The notes: generated from the letters alone by a model not told the origin. A stretch of DNA of 55,545 nt from a bacterium (GCA_043816765.1 JBDRHN010000065.1:1-55545), one strand, 5' to 3'; positions 42,537 through 52,471 are shown, counted from the first letter of the stretch. Numbers and translations: made by a program.

Positions 42537-43394
42537 TTAGATTCCAGCCTTTTTAAATGCGTCCGGCAGATATTCTATTATATCAGAGGCTATGAGGCTA
42601 AATTTACCCTTTTTTGACGCCGCTATGTCTCCGGCTAGTCCGTGCAAATAAACAGCCGCTACTGTCGCGCTAAAATCGTCCATTCCTTGCCCGACAAATG
42701 AGGTTATAATTCCCGTTAAAACATCTCCCGTTCCCCCGCTTGCCATTCCGGAATTTCCTGTTTTGTTGATATAAATTTCTCCGCTCGAGCTTGCAACAAC
42801 TGTTCTGTGTCCTTTCAGACAAACAACGGCTCCTGTTGTTTGGGCGATATCTTTGGCAATATTTTCTCTGTTTAATTGTATGTGTGTGATATCTTTTTTA
42901 ATTAAGCGCGACATTTCCCCAGGGTGCGGGGTTATGATTGTTCTGTTTTTTCTTTTTTTAAAAATTTTAATATCGCCGTTTAGAGCGTTAATTCCGTCGG
43001 CGTCAAGAATGATTGGTTTTTCGATTTTTAAAATTAATTCTTTGACTAATTTTTGCGTTTCTTTGTTTTGTCCTAATCCTGGTCCAATGGCTATTGAGTC
43101 GCACTTTTTAGAAAATTCTAAAATTTTATTTTTTGCTTTCAAACTTAAAAAATGGTCTTTAGTTTCAAACAGGGGCAGTGTCATTGCTTCTGTAAACTTA
43201 ACTTCCATGATTTGATTTAAAGACTTCGGAATTCCACATGTAACCAGTCCGCTTCCCGTCCTAAGCGCGACTTGAGAACACAAATAAGCGGCGCCGGTCA
43301 TTCCGATTGATCCTGCTAAAATAAAAACTTTTCCGTAATCGCTTTTGTTTGAATCTTCGGGGCGTTTTATTTTTTTGAGATGTTTTTGAGGCAT
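42537..43394 (-). CDS. nnrD: ADP/ATP-dependent NAD(P)H-hydrate dehydratase (YjeF C-terminal type); start moved to MPQKHLKK
   Basis: DYGKVFILAGSIGMTGAAYL, DADGINAL, ITPHPGEMSRL, GGTGDVLTGII. Confidence 0.85.
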   Translation of the reverse strand: MPQKHLKKIKRPEDSNKSDYGKVFILAGSIGMTGAAYLCSQVALRTGSGLVTCGIPKSLNQIMEVKFTEAMTLPLFETKDHFLSLKAKNKILEFSKKCDSIAIGPGLGQNKETQKLVKELILKIEKPIILDADGINALNGDIKIFKKRKNRTIITPHPGEMSRLIKKDITHIQLNRENIAKDIAQTTGAVVCLKGHRTVVASSSGEIYINKTGNSGMASGGTGDVLTGIITSFVGQGMDDFSATVAAVYLHGLAGDIAASKKGKFSLIASDIIEYLPDAFKKAGI

Positions 43395-43641
43395 AAAAGG
43401 TAGGCAGGCGAGATGAGGCGCGCTGCATTGAAGCATTTCATAGTGCGAAATTTTTAAGCGCCCACTTCCACGTGAAATTTCATCGGGGTGTGTTAATATT
43501 CTCATCTCGCCTTGAGTATTATTATAATACTAAAAAATATTATTACAAGGATTTGCATTGTGTAGAGAGAAGATGGGTTCACAGGGGTGAACCGTTCAAT
43601 TTTGAAATTTATGCGGAATAAATAAAACGATTATGATGAAA

Positions 43642-43686
43642 AATAGGCTGGTGGTTACAAAAGTAACACACCAGCCTATTTGCATG
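43642..43686 (-). terminator. Rho-independent terminator after the nitronate monooxygenase-like gene
   Basis: AATAGGCTGGTGGTTAC-AAAA-GTAACACACCAGCCTATT; on the gene strand a T-run follows. Confidence 0.7.
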
Positions 43687-43726
43687 GTTGAAGGAACAAA
43701 AAATAAGGGTAGTAATTTCAAAGTTA

Positions 43727-44818
43727 TTAGAGAATTCTGAGTCCTCCCCTGAAATATTCAAAAACCTCCTCTACAGATATAATCCTATCCGCCTCCCATC
43801 CTTTTGCTCCTATGAACGCAAATCCGTTTGTGAGGTCGCCCTGTTGGGCGCGTAGCAGTGCTTCCGCAATGCAATAGGGACTTTCAAGAGGATTACATCT
43901 TTTTAGACATTTAAAACGGCAACTAACATGTCTTTTTACTCCATTTGTTATTTCATCCAAAAACGGATTTCTTACAGCCCTTCCTAGCATGCCCACGGGG
44001 CTTATAATTATAACAACATCCTTCTCTCTGGCGTTTAAATAAACCCGCTTAAACTCCAAATCTGCGTCGCATTCGTGGGTTGGCACAAATGGAGAGGACA
44101 ACTGTACACCAGAAGCACCTAGATCTAAAAAATTACTTATTTTCTCTCCGCTAGAAACACCTCCACCTACAAAAACGGGGATTATCTTATTGTGCTGGAT
44201 CTCAAAAGGTCTTATTTCGTCCAGAACCTCTTTAAGTAAAACTTCTAGGGCAAACCTAGGGTTACCAATTTCTTCTTTTTTAAACCCCAGATGCCCTCCA
44301 GCTAAAAAACCCTCTACAACGAAAGCATCAGGCAAACAACCAAATCTCTTCCACCATATTTGGCATATAATCCTTGCCGCTTGTGCTGAAGATACTATTA
44401 TTACCAGCTTGGTTTTGCTATATCTCGTAAGATAGCTCGGAAGATCTCGGGCAAGTCCTGCTCCCGAAAATATAGCATCAACATTTTCTTCTATCGCTGC
44501 CGTAACTAAGTCGGAATAATTAGTTACGGCAAACATTATATTGACCCCTAATATGCCATTTGTATTTCTTCTGAATTCTCTGATTGCCTTTTTAAGCTCT
44601 CTAATGGCAACCTTTTTGGGATTTCTGACATAGTCGGGTTGATCAATACCAATCAAACTGGCAGCAATAGTACCGACAAAATCTCCACTTTCAAACAGAT
44701 AACCACTTGCCGCAGCAGCCGCCAATCTTGGGCCAGAAATTCCATAAGCCATTCCGCCCAAAAAACCCCTAACTACTCTCCCTCTTATTTTTAATGCTCT
44801 TTCTTTCTCTTTTTCCAT
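43727..44818 (-). CDS. Nitronate monooxygenase / FabK-like FMN-dependent oxidoreductase (NMO family); start moved to MEKEKER
   Basis: TIM-barrel NMO pattern: GGMAYGISG, IMFAV, VVEGFLAGGHLG, FVGGGVSSGEKI..LGASGVQLSSPF. RBS AAAGGGGTG upstream of the ATG at 44818. Confidence 0.7.
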   Translation of the reverse strand: MEKEKERALKIRGRVVRGFLGGMAYGISGPRLAAAAASGYLFESGDFVGTIAASLIGIDQPDYVRNPKKVAIRELKKAIREFRRNTNGILGVNIMFAVTNYSDLVTAAIEENVDAIFSGAGLARDLPSYLTRYSKTKLVIIVSSAQAARIICQIWWKRFGCLPDAFVVEGFLAGGHLGFKKEEIGNPRFALEVLLKEVLDEIRPFEIQHNKIIPVFVGGGVSSGEKISNFLDLGASGVQLSSPFVPTHECDADLEFKRVYLNAREKDVVIIISPVGMLGRAVRNPFLDEITNGVKRHVSCRFKCLKRCNPLESPYCIAEALLRAQQGDLTNGFAFIGAKGWEADRIISVEEVFEYFRGGLRIL

Positions 44819-45303
44819 GAAAACCACCCCTTTCTTAAAATTGAATGAACGAAAAGGGGATCATTCCCCTGTTTATGTTAAAATTAACATAGCTTCATAT
44901 TATCATAATTTTCATTAAAAACAATATATTTTATGTGCTTATAGTGTGCATATTAAACAAAAAACCCGCCAATTAGCGAGTGTGCATAAAATTAAATTAT
45001 TAATATTGATATTTTTTAAAATATAATATAAAATTGGGTTAATTTATTTTGACCTTTTCACGAAGAAGGGGGAGGGAAAAATCTTTTGTCTTTGCCCAAA
45101 GATACCTCCAATATTCCCAAACCCTTCTTCCTGCAATTAAAATTTTACGGGGACGCGGTGCTATTTTTTGAGTAGTACTTTCTAAACAAAATGAGGATTA
45201 CACAAAGCATTGCGTCCCTTATCCTCCCCTTTTTGTTATATTTTTAAATTTTCATCCCCAATAAGGATGCTTTTTTATTTTTGTAGAGTTCAAGAGATTA
45301 TTC

Positions 45304-45930
45304 TTAGATTATCCTAAAAATCACATTATAAAAAAAATTGATTAAATCTATCCCAACAAAAGAGAAAAGCATTATTGCTAAAATTAGGCTTAATATTTGA
45401 TTTTGGGCAAAATAGCGATAGATGCTTTCATATTTATCGTGAATTATCATAAGCAGAACTTTTGAGCCATCCAACGGTGGCAGTGGGATTAGGTTGAAAA
45501 CCATCAACACCAAATTCATTACTATTAATTGCTCCAAGAGAACAAAAATCAAATTAGACGGCGGGAAAGTTCCGTTCATTATTAAAACTTTGTATATAAT
45601 AGCAAAGATAACGGCGGAAAAAAAATTGGCAAGGATTCCAGCGAGCGAAACTAACAGGACGCCGAATCTTCCGTGTCTTATTTTATAAGGATCAATCGGC
45701 ACAGGTTTTGCCGCCCCCAGTCCGATTATAAAAATCATGGTTGTTAGAATCGGGTCAAAATGCGTCAAAGGGTTTACAGTCAGTCTGCCTGCCATCTTGG
45801 CTGTATCGTCGCCAAGCATATATGCTGTCCAGCCGTGAAAATACTCATGGATGGTCAGGCCAAAAATTACTGATATTACAACAATAAGATAAAGTATCGG
45901 ATTTTCAAATAAACGTGATATTATAAACAT
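45304..45930 (-). CDS. Site-2 protease family (M50) membrane metalloprotease
   Basis: HEYFHGWTAY (HExxH) and NLIPLPPLDGSKV; about 6 TM. Confidence 0.85.
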   Translation of the reverse strand: MFIISRLFENPILYLIVVISVIFGLTIHEYFHGWTAYMLGDDTAKMAGRLTVNPLTHFDPILTTMIFIIGLGAAKPVPIDPYKIRHGRFGVLLVSLAGILANFFSAVIFAIIYKVLIMNGTFPPSNLIFVLLEQLIVMNLVLMVFNLIPLPPLDGSKVLLMIIHDKYESIYRYFAQNQILSLILAIMLFSFVGIDLINFFYNVIFRII

Positions 45931-46048
45931 ACATTAGTCGAAAGTCTGTAAAGTCCATAAAGTCGAAAGTTTATGGGAATTATTTTTTTTTTGACTTTTT
46001 TATTATTTAGTGATAATATTTTAGCAAATAATTAATAATTTTAATTTT

Positions 46049-46225
46049 ATGGCTAGAAGCTGTACTGTTTGCGGTCGCGGACCGCTAAAGGGAAAATCTA
46101 GAAGTCATTCCAATATTGCGACAAACAGGCACCAAAACATTAATTTGCAGAATAAAACGATTCACGGGAAAAAGGTAAAAATCTGCGCTAGATGTTTACG
46201 CAATACAAAAAAAGTTACAGAATAG
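46049..46225 (+). CDS. rpmB: 50S ribosomal protein bL28 (not in the ORF track; 58 aa)
   Basis: Translates to MARSCTVCGRGPLKGKSRSHSNIATNRHQNINLQNKTIHGKKVKICARCLRNTKKVTE, the canonical L28 N-terminus MAR.C..CG...G...SHSN. Confidence 0.9.
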   Translation: MARSCTVCGRGPLKGKSRSHSNIATNRHQNINLQNKTIHGKKVKICARCLRNTKKVTE

Positions 46226-46249
46226 TTTTGATTATAGCAAATATTTTTA

Positions 46250-46284
46250 AAAAAACCAAGCCTTTCTATGGGTTGGTTTTTTTA
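46250..46284. terminator. Bidirectional terminator between rpmB (+) and the convergent membrane-protein gene (-)
   Basis: A-run, AACCAAGCC-TTTCTAT-GGGTTGGTT (one mismatch), T-run. Confidence 0.6.
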
Positions 46285-46296
46285 ATTAAAAATGCA

Positions 46297-46767
46297 TTAA
46301 TTTTCATTCGCCCACAACACTCCTCCAAGCAAGAAAATAAATTGAAAAATCATAGAGCCAAGCGCTATTGATGAAAAAGCGACCAAACCATTGACACACC
46401 CGCTTGAGCCCCTCATCTCTCTTATGCCTATGAGTAAATTTTCATAAATAAGAATCAAAAGAATTGGCGACGAACCGATTAAATTAATTACTAAAAATTT
46501 TATTGTTTTTTTTGTTTTTAACGCTCTATTAATTTCTTTCCCAAAAATAAACCAAATATAAATACTGATTAGTCCAAATAAAACAATAAAAACCGACGGA
46601 GGGAAAAGCATTTTAATATTCAGTCTTGAAAAAATAATTTCTACAAATAAACAAAATCCAAATATGATTCCAAAAGAAAACAATAAAGAAAAATTGATGA
46701 ACATTAGCATCATGCCGTCAAAAATAAAGTTGCTGGATATTTTTCTTTTCAATAGATTTGTGAACAT
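46297..46767 (-). CDS. Hypothetical integral membrane protein
   Basis: 156 aa with 4-5 hydrophobic segments. No recognisable motif. Confidence 0.45.
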   Translation of the reverse strand: MFTNLLKRKISSNFIFDGMMLMFINFSLLFSFGIIFGFCLFVEIIFSRLNIKMLFPPSVFIVLFGLISIYIWFIFGKEINRALKTKKTIKFLVINLIGSSPILLILIYENLLIGIREMRGSSGCVNGLVAFSSIALGSMIFQFIFLLGGVLWANEN

Positions 46768-46859
46768 AAATATTAGACTTGGTTGAAAAATTTTTTTAAT
46801 TATAGCAAAAAATTGAAATAAAATAAAATCTCATTCTTTTAGGGAATAAGATTTTAGTG

Positions 46860-46932
46860 TGGACTTAGGGAGATTCGAACTCCCGACCTCTGCAATGCGA
46901 ATGCAGCGCTCTACCAGCTGAGCTATAAGCCC
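46860..46932 (-). tRNA. tRNA-Ala(CGC): tRNA-Ala (anticodon CGC)
   Basis: The reverse complement is GGGCTTATAGCTCAGCTGGTAGAGCGCTGCATTCGCATTGCAGAGGTCGGGAGTTCGAATCTCCCTAAGTCCA. It has the G3:U70 identity pair, anticodon loop TTCGCAT and T-loop TTCGAAT. Confidence 0.92.
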
Positions 46933-46939
46933 GAGATGA

Positions 46940-47070
46940 AAAATGTCAAAATCCAAGTTATTCCAAATTATTTCAAACAAATGTCAAAGTACAAAATCTA
47001 AAACTTTTTGACATTTAAAATTTGAATTTGATTTGGAATAATTTGGATTTTGGAGTAATTTGAAACAATT
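46940..47070. repeat. Long hairpin, CAAACAAAT...ATTTG family (copy a), tRNA-Ala/atpD spacer
   Basis: TCAAAATCCAAGTTATTCCAAATTATTTCAAACAAATGTCAAAG...CTTTTTGACATTTAAAATTTGAATTTGATTTGGAATAATTTGGATTTTGG. Confidence 0.75.
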
Positions 47071-47078
47071 TCTTCATT

Positions 47079-47708
47079 TTAAGCAGTCTGTTTTTCCAGC
47101 ATCTCTTTTACAACCATCAAAGTCGCGATGCCTGAACGTTCCTGTTCTGCCAGCTTCATATAAATATATTTCATTGTTTCTTCAAGGTCTGGAATTAAAA
47201 TATATTCAAGCGCGTTCACCCGTCTTCTTGTTTTTTCAATTTCTACTGCTAAAAGCGCGGCGCTTTTTTCAATTGTAGAAAGCTGAATTAAGTCGTTCAA
47301 TGATTTTTTAAACTTATCCAGAGCAATATCCATTTCTCCTGATGTTCCCAAAAATCCATAGCCTGATGGCTTTGGCGTAATTTCAAAATTAAATTCTGGA
47401 ATATTTACGCTCATTACATTTTTTGTTGCGGCGCTAATTTTTATTTCACTGCTTTGCACCATCAATGCCGATTCAATGGCTTCAGGTCTCATGACTGAAG
47501 ATGCCATCATAAAATTTGAAAAACTTTTTCCAAGAATATCTTCTACTCGAAAACGTAAAATTTTGGCTTCTTTGATAACGATCATAAATTCACGCATCAA
47601 ACCATCCCGCTTTTCTTTGAGCAGTTTGTGTCCGCGACGAGCCGTAACTATTCTCTTCTTCAATTTTAGAAGCTCCATTCTGGTTGGATTGACGTTTAGC
47701 AATGCCAT
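47079..47708 (-). CDS. atpD: V/A-type ATP synthase subunit D
   Basis: NVNPTRMELLKLKKRIVTARRGHKLLKEKRDGLMREF. Confidence 0.92.
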   Translation of the reverse strand: MALLNVNPTRMELLKLKKRIVTARRGHKLLKEKRDGLMREFMIVIKEAKILRFRVEDILGKSFSNFMMASSVMRPEAIESALMVQSSEIKISAATKNVMSVNIPEFNFEITPKPSGYGFLGTSGEMDIALDKFKKSLNDLIQLSTIEKSAALLAVEIEKTRRRVNALEYILIPDLEETMKYIYMKLAEQERSGIATLMVVKEMLEKQTA

Positions 47709-47785
47709 AGGATATTAGTCAAAAGTCCATAAAGTCCTTAAAGTTATAAAGTCTTTATAAAACCTAATAAAATGTAAAATTAAAA

Positions 47786-47915
47786 TATCAAAATCCAAAT
47801 TGTTCCAAATTATTCCAAACAAATGTCAATGTCCAAAATTCAAAACTTTTTGATATTTGAAATTTGGATTTGATTTGGAATAATTTGAACTTTGGAATAA
47901 TTTGGAATAATTTTT
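47786..47915. repeat. Long hairpin, same family (copy b), atpB/atpD spacer
   Basis: TCAAAATCCAAATTGTTCCAAATTATTCCAAACAAATGTCAATG...CTTTTTGATATTTGAAATTTGGATTTGATTTGGAATAATTTGAACTTTGG. Clearly homologous to copy a; percent identity was not computed. Confidence 0.8.
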
Positions 47916-47939
47916 TTGAAATGATTAACGTTTATTGGC

Positions 47940-49313
47940 TTAGACTTTCAAATACTTTTCTATATGCTCCGCCTTCACACGTTTCAATTCGCTCTTTGGC
48001 AAAATAGACATAAGCTCCCAGCCCAAATCCAGTGTTTGTTCAATGGTTCTATTTTCATTTTCACCTTGTTGAACAAATTTTTGTTCAAAATCATCTGCGA
48101 ATTTTAAATATTTTTTATCAATATCAGATAGCGCCGCTTCTCCCAAAATAACGGATAGTTCTTTTACTTCTTTTCCGCGCGCGTAGCTTGCGAACAGCTG
48201 GTTCAAAACTCCGCTGTGATCTTCTCTTGTTTTGCCTTCGCCGATACCTTTATCTTTTAAACGAGAAAGTGACGGTAAAACATCAACAGATGGATAAATT
48301 CCTTTTTTGTGCAATGTTCGGTCAACCATGATTTGTCCTTCTGTGATGTATCCGGTTAAGTCGGGGATTGGGTGGGTTTTGTCGTCTTCAGGCATTGTTA
48401 AAATTGGAATCTGGGTGATTGATCCTTTTTTGCCCTTGATTCTTCCTGCTCGTTCGTAGAGGGTTGAAAGGTCTGTGTATAGATAACCTGGATAACCTCG
48501 TCGTCCGGGAATTTCTTTACGGGCGGCTGATACTTCACGCAGGGCTTCGCAATAATTTGTCATGTCGGTTATGATAACCAAGACATGCATATCTTTTTCG
48601 TATGCCAAATATTCTGCGGCTGTTAGAGCCATGCGCGGTGTTGCTATACGTTCAACTACTGGATCGTCTGCTAGATTAATAAAAAGTATTGAACGTGCGA
48701 GTGCGCCTGATTTTTTAAACTCGTTGATAAAATATTCTTTTTCTTCAAATGTAATTCCCATTGCCGCAAATACTACTGCGAATGGTTCGTTGCTTCCAAC
48801 TACTTGAGCTTGTCTTGCAATCTGTGTTGCTAGTTTTGAGTGTGTTAAACCGGCGCCGGAAAAGATAGGTAATTTTTGTCCGCGCACAAGCGTATTTAGT
48901 CCGTCTATTGTTGAAATTCCTGTCTGAATAAAGTCGTTTGGAAAATCTCGTGAATATGGGTTTAATGGGTTTCCGTTGATGTTTAACTTTTTTTCTGGAA
49001 TAATTTTCGCCCCGCCGTCAATCGGTCGTCCCATTCCGTCAAATACTCGTCCTAATGCGTCGGGGGAAATATTTAGCTGAACTCCCCTGCCCAAAAATTG
49101 CGCTTTTACGTTTTTTATATCAAGTCCGATGGAGCTTTCAAACATCTGCACCATTGCGTATTTGTCTGAAATTTCCAAAACTTTTCCAAGACGCGGCTTG
49201 TCGTCTCCCTCTTTTTGGATTTTAACAAGCTCTTCATATTTGACGCCTTCAACTCCCTCTACTATCAAAAGAGGACCTGAAATTTCTTTGACTGTTTTGT
49301 ATTCTTTTAACAT
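47940..49313 (-). CDS. atpB: V/A-type ATP synthase subunit B
   Basis: 457 aa with [13 protein letters not shown] and the non-catalytic P-loop-like [18 protein letters not shown]. Confidence 0.95.
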   Translation of the reverse strand: MLKEYKTVKEISGPLLIVEGVEGVKYEELVKIQKEGDDKPRLGKVLEISDKYAMVQMFESSIGLDIKNVKAQFLGRGVQLNISPDALGRVFDGMGRPIDGGAKIIPEKKLNINGNPLNPYSRDFPNDFIQTGISTIDGLNTLVRGQKLPIFSGAGLTHSKLATQIARQAQVVGSNEPFAVVFAAMGITFEEKEYFINEFKKSGALARSILFINLADDPVVERIATPRMALTAAEYLAYEKDMHVLVIITDMTNYCEALREVSAARKEIPGRRGYPGYLYTDLSTLYERAGRIKGKKGSITQIPILTMPEDDKTHPIPDLTGYITEGQIMVDRTLHKKGIYPSVDVLPSLSRLKDKGIGEGKTREDHSGVLNQLFASYARGKEVKELSVILGEAALSDIDKKYLKFADDFEQKFVQQGENENRTIEQTLDLGWELMSILPKSELKRVKAEHIEKYLKV

Positions 49314-49356
49314 ATCTATTTTTAATTATGATATTAATTTTATTTTAGCTTTTTTT

Positions 49357-49380
49357 GCAAAGAACTAAAAGCAAAGAACT
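49357..49380. repeat. Left 24-nt inverted repeat flanking the GxxExxY gene
   Basis: GCAAAGAACTAAAAGCAAAGAACT. Its partner at 50236-50259 has reverse complement GCAAAGAACTAAAGGCAAAGAACT, a 23/24 match. Confidence 0.9.
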
Positions 49381-49414
49381 ATTTTAAATTTTATAAATAT
49401 TTGGCGCATCTTTT

Positions 49415-50221
49415 TTAAATAGTTATTTTTTTTAATTCTTTGCCTATTGAAATAATTCTAATATCTACATAACTAATGCCGAAATTTACTATTATTCCAA
49501 TTTCTAAATTAGTATTTTTTAAAATAGTTTTTATATAATTTTTATAATCAATTTGCAGTAAACCAACGGCTTTAACTACAACAAATATTTTATTTTCAAC
49601 AATTAATTTAAGGGGTTGTTCTTCAATTGGCTGTCCTAAATATTTAACTGAAAAATTAACATCCAAATTGCAATTTAAATTGTTTAATCCTAATTCAACA
49701 GCTAGAGCATTATAATAAACTTGCTCAAGATAGCCAGCTCCCAAACTTTTGTAAATTAGACAAATTGCTCTAACAAAATCTTTAACTAAATTATTATTAG
49801 AAAAACCGCCATAATCAACCCTCATCTTTGGTGTTACAATAAAACCTTTTAAAACGTTGCGCAAAATAATCGGCTCAAAATAATTACTGCCATAATTTGC
49901 CAATATTCCAATTCCGCTATCCAATCCTTTCATGTAACAAATTAATTGCGCTTTATGCTTAGGATTAATAATATCAACAGATTTTAATTCAATTGGAACT
50001 AAATTATTTATGTAAAGATCAGCTCTATAATCGCCAACTTGTTCGTTTTTATAAAAAATCTTAATCGCTTTTTCTTTTTCGCAAAAAATTTTTAGATTTT
50101 TAAATTCAATTGATAATGCTTTCTGATATAGTTCTTCTGCTAATCCTGTGCCTAATTGTTTTCGAACATTAAACAATACTCCTCTAATTTTATAAACCAA
50201 TTCACTATGAACATATGGCAT
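49415..50221 (-). CDS. Tandem-domain GxxExxY protein (PD-(D/E)XK-fold family); first domain intact, second degenerate
   Basis: Domain 1: GLAEELY...YRADLYI..VPIELKSV. Domain 2: GYLEQVY..., but LKLIVENKIFVVVKAV lacks the D...ExK residues. Confidence 0.75.
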   Translation of the reverse strand: MPYVHSELVYKIRGVLFNVRKQLGTGLAEELYQKALSIEFKNLKIFCEKEKAIKIFYKNEQVGDYRADLYINNLVPIELKSVDIINPKHKAQLICYMKGLDSGIGILANYGSNYFEPIILRNVLKGFIVTPKMRVDYGGFSNNNLVKDFVRAICLIYKSLGAGYLEQVYYNALAVELGLNNLNCNLDVNFSVKYLGQPIEEQPLKLIVENKIFVVVKAVGLLQIDYKNYIKTILKNTNLEIGIIVNFGISYVDIRIISIGKELKKITI

Positions 50222-50235
50222 ATATAAAAAAAATT

Positions 50236-50259
50236 AGTTCTTTGCCTTTAGTTCTTTGC
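50236..50259. repeat. Right 24-nt inverted repeat flanking the GxxExxY gene; overlaps the last codons and stop of atpA
   Basis: AGTTCTTTGCCTTTAGTTCTTTGC. The atpA C-terminus ...FLAKN-stop is encoded by TTGGCAAAGAACTAA. Confidence 0.9.
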
Positions 50260-52008
50260 CAAAAATCCAACCTCATCTTTAATCTTCTCAATTAACGCGT
50301 CAAATTTATCTAACTCTTTTTCCCCAATCAACTTTGACTGGACAATCTCTTCTGATAATTCACTCAACCCTTTAATTGCTTCTAACTTCACTTCACGTTC
50401 AAGCGCTTTTTCTGCTTCATGGTGGAATGTTAAAATCGCTTTTAACATATAATACTGTTTTTTCAACGAAGTATAAGTATCAACATCATCAAAAGCATTC
50501 TGATGCAAAAAATCTTCGCGTAGATTTTTGGCTGTTTGCAAAACCAACTGCTCTTTAAACGAAAGCGCGTCAACTCCAACAAGCCGAACAATTTCTTCAA
50601 GCGACGATTCCTGCTGTAAAATTGCCATTGTTTCTTTTTGCAATTCCGGATAATCAATGGCGATTTCTTTTTTATAATATTCATCAAGACTTTCACTATA
50701 CAAAGAATAGCTGTTCAGCCAGTTAATAGCCGGGAAATGTCGGCGGTAAGCGAGTTTTGCGTCTAGTCCCCAAAAAACTTTTGTAACTCGGAGTGTGTTT
50801 TGGGTAACTGGCTCTGAAAGGTCTCCGCCGGGAGGGGAAACAGCGCCGACAACCGTAAGCGAACCCATTCTGTTTTCACTGCCCAGACATTCAACCATGC
50901 CGGCTCGTTCGTAAAAGTCGGCCGTTCGCGAACCAAGATAAGCGGGATAGCCTTCTTCGCCGGGCATCTCTTCAAGGCGGCCTGACATTTCCCGCAAAGC
51001 CTCCGCCCAACGGGATGTAGAGTCTGCCATAAGAGCTACTTTGTATCCCATATCGCGATAAAATTCGGCAATAGTAATTCCTGTGTAAACACTGGCTTCA
51101 CGAGCCGCCACAGGCATGTTTGAAGTGTTAGCGATTAATAACGTTCTTTCCATCAGCTTCTCTCCGGACTTTGGGTCAACAAGTTCAGGAAATTCCATCA
51201 ATACATCGGTCATCTCGTTTCCACGCTCGCCGCATCCTATAAAAACTATAATATCGGCGTCAGCCCATTTGGCAAGCTGGTGCTGGACAACTGTCTTTCC
51301 CGAGCCAAAAGGTCCCGGCGCGCATCCTGTTCCGCCTTTTACTATTGGAAATAATGTATCAATAATTCTTTGTCCTGTGATTAACGGTTCTTTTGGAACT
51401 AATTTTTTGTTGACGGGGCGAGGGTTTCTGATTGGCCAAATTTGCATTAATTTAATTTGCGCTTTTGTTTTATCTTCTTTTTCAACTTCCGCCACTATTT
51501 CTTCAACTGTATAATCATTGCTTGCTATTTTAGAAATTTTTCCAAAAACTCCCGGCGGAACCATAACTTTAAAAACAATCAACTCTGTCTCTTTTACTTC
51601 TCCGATAATATCCCCTGCTTTTACTTTATCTCCAACTTTTTTGACGGCTTTAAATCCCCATTTTTTACTGCGGCTCAAGGCTGGCGCTTCAATTCCTCTT
51701 GTTATAAAAGGACCGCCTGCTTGTTTTTCTATTTCAGCCAATGGACGTTGGACGCCATCATAAAATGATTTTAAAAGTCCCGGTCCAAGTTCAACAGAGA
51801 GCGGACTGCCTGTTGTTATAACTTGTTCTCCCGGCCCGATTCCAGCAGTATCTTCATAAACCTGAATATAGCAATCATCCCCCTTCATTTTAATAATTTC
51901 TCCGACTAGTTTTTTATCAGAAACCTTTACAACATCAAACATTTTTGCGCCATCAATATTTGAAGCTATGATTAACGGTCCTGATACTTTTTTGATTATT
52001 CCACTCAT
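50248..52008 (-). CDS. atpA: V/A-type ATP synthase catalytic subunit A
   Basis: 586 aa with the Walker [10 protein letters not shown] and the non-homologous insert typical of A subunits. Confidence 0.96.
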   Translation of the reverse strand: MSGIIKKVSGPLIIASNIDGAKMFDVVKVSDKKLVGEIIKMKGDDCYIQVYEDTAGIGPGEQVITTGSPLSVELGPGLLKSFYDGVQRPLAEIEKQAGGPFITRGIEAPALSRSKKWGFKAVKKVGDKVKAGDIIGEVKETELIVFKVMVPPGVFGKISKIASNDYTVEEIVAEVEKEDKTKAQIKLMQIWPIRNPRPVNKKLVPKEPLITGQRIIDTLFPIVKGGTGCAPGPFGSGKTVVQHQLAKWADADIIVFIGCGERGNEMTDVLMEFPELVDPKSGEKLMERTLLIANTSNMPVAAREASVYTGITIAEFYRDMGYKVALMADSTSRWAEALREMSGRLEEMPGEEGYPAYLGSRTADFYERAGMVECLGSENRMGSLTVVGAVSPPGGDLSEPVTQNTLRVTKVFWGLDAKLAYRRHFPAINWLNSYSLYSESLDEYYKKEIAIDYPELQKETMAILQQESSLEEIVRLVGVDALSFKEQLVLQTAKNLREDFLHQNAFDDVDTYTSLKKQYYMLKAILTFHHEAEKALEREVKLEAIKGLSELSEEIVQSKLIGEKELDKFDALIEKIKDEVGFLAKN

Positions 52009-52094
52009 AGATTTAAGTAACTAGTAATCAGTAACTAGTAATAAGCAACTCCATGATTTTAAAAATTTACTTGTTACTTATTACTAGTTACTAA

Positions 52095-52463
52095 TTACTG
52101 ACTATTACGATTTATTGAATTTATTAAACCATTAATTAATTTTATAATTTCATTTAACTTTTCACCCAAATTCTTGCACTCTTCCCAAGTTATATATTCT
52201 AAATCTTTTGTTAACAGTAAAAAATCCTGAACTTCTGTTGCTGATCCTCTGGCTTGATAATAAAATCTAATTTTATCTTTAAAATGATACCTTCCAAAAC
52301 CTTCGGCTATATTTGCGGTAATAGAACTTGATGCTCTTCGCAATTGACTGATTACCCCAAACTGTTCTTCTTTTGGAAAATTTTTTGTAATTTTATAAAT
52401 ATCTAATACAAGTTCATGCGCTTGCTTCCAAGCCGTCAAATCATAAAAATTTTTAATCTCCAT
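52095..52463 (-). CDS. Four-helix-bundle protein (23S rRNA intervening-sequence protein / Avd-like family, PF05635)
   Basis: 122 aa with FYDLTAWKQAHELVLDIYKITKNFPKEEQFGVISQLRRASSSITANIAEGFGR...ARGSATEV. Confidence 0.8.
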   Translation of the reverse strand: MEIKNFYDLTAWKQAHELVLDIYKITKNFPKEEQFGVISQLRRASSSITANIAEGFGRYHFKDKIRFYYQARGSATEVQDFLLLTKDLEYITWEECKNLGEKLNEIIKLINGLINSINRNSQ

Positions 52464-52471
52464 ATTACTTG

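Noticed and set aside
43727-44818. The NMO-like gene as a horizontally acquired island, since it is flanked by unusually long gaps and seemed GC-richer.
   Set aside because: A hand count of 100 nt gave about 45 percent GC, against about 40 percent for atpB. That difference is too small to claim without a proper compositional or phylogenetic analysis.
52095-52463. Diversity-generating retroelement, because the four-helix-bundle protein belongs to the Avd-like family.
   Set aside because: No reverse transcriptase ORF and no template/variable repeat pair could be found anywhere in the window. The C-terminus of the giant surface protein shows no VR-like Asn/AAC-rich segment.
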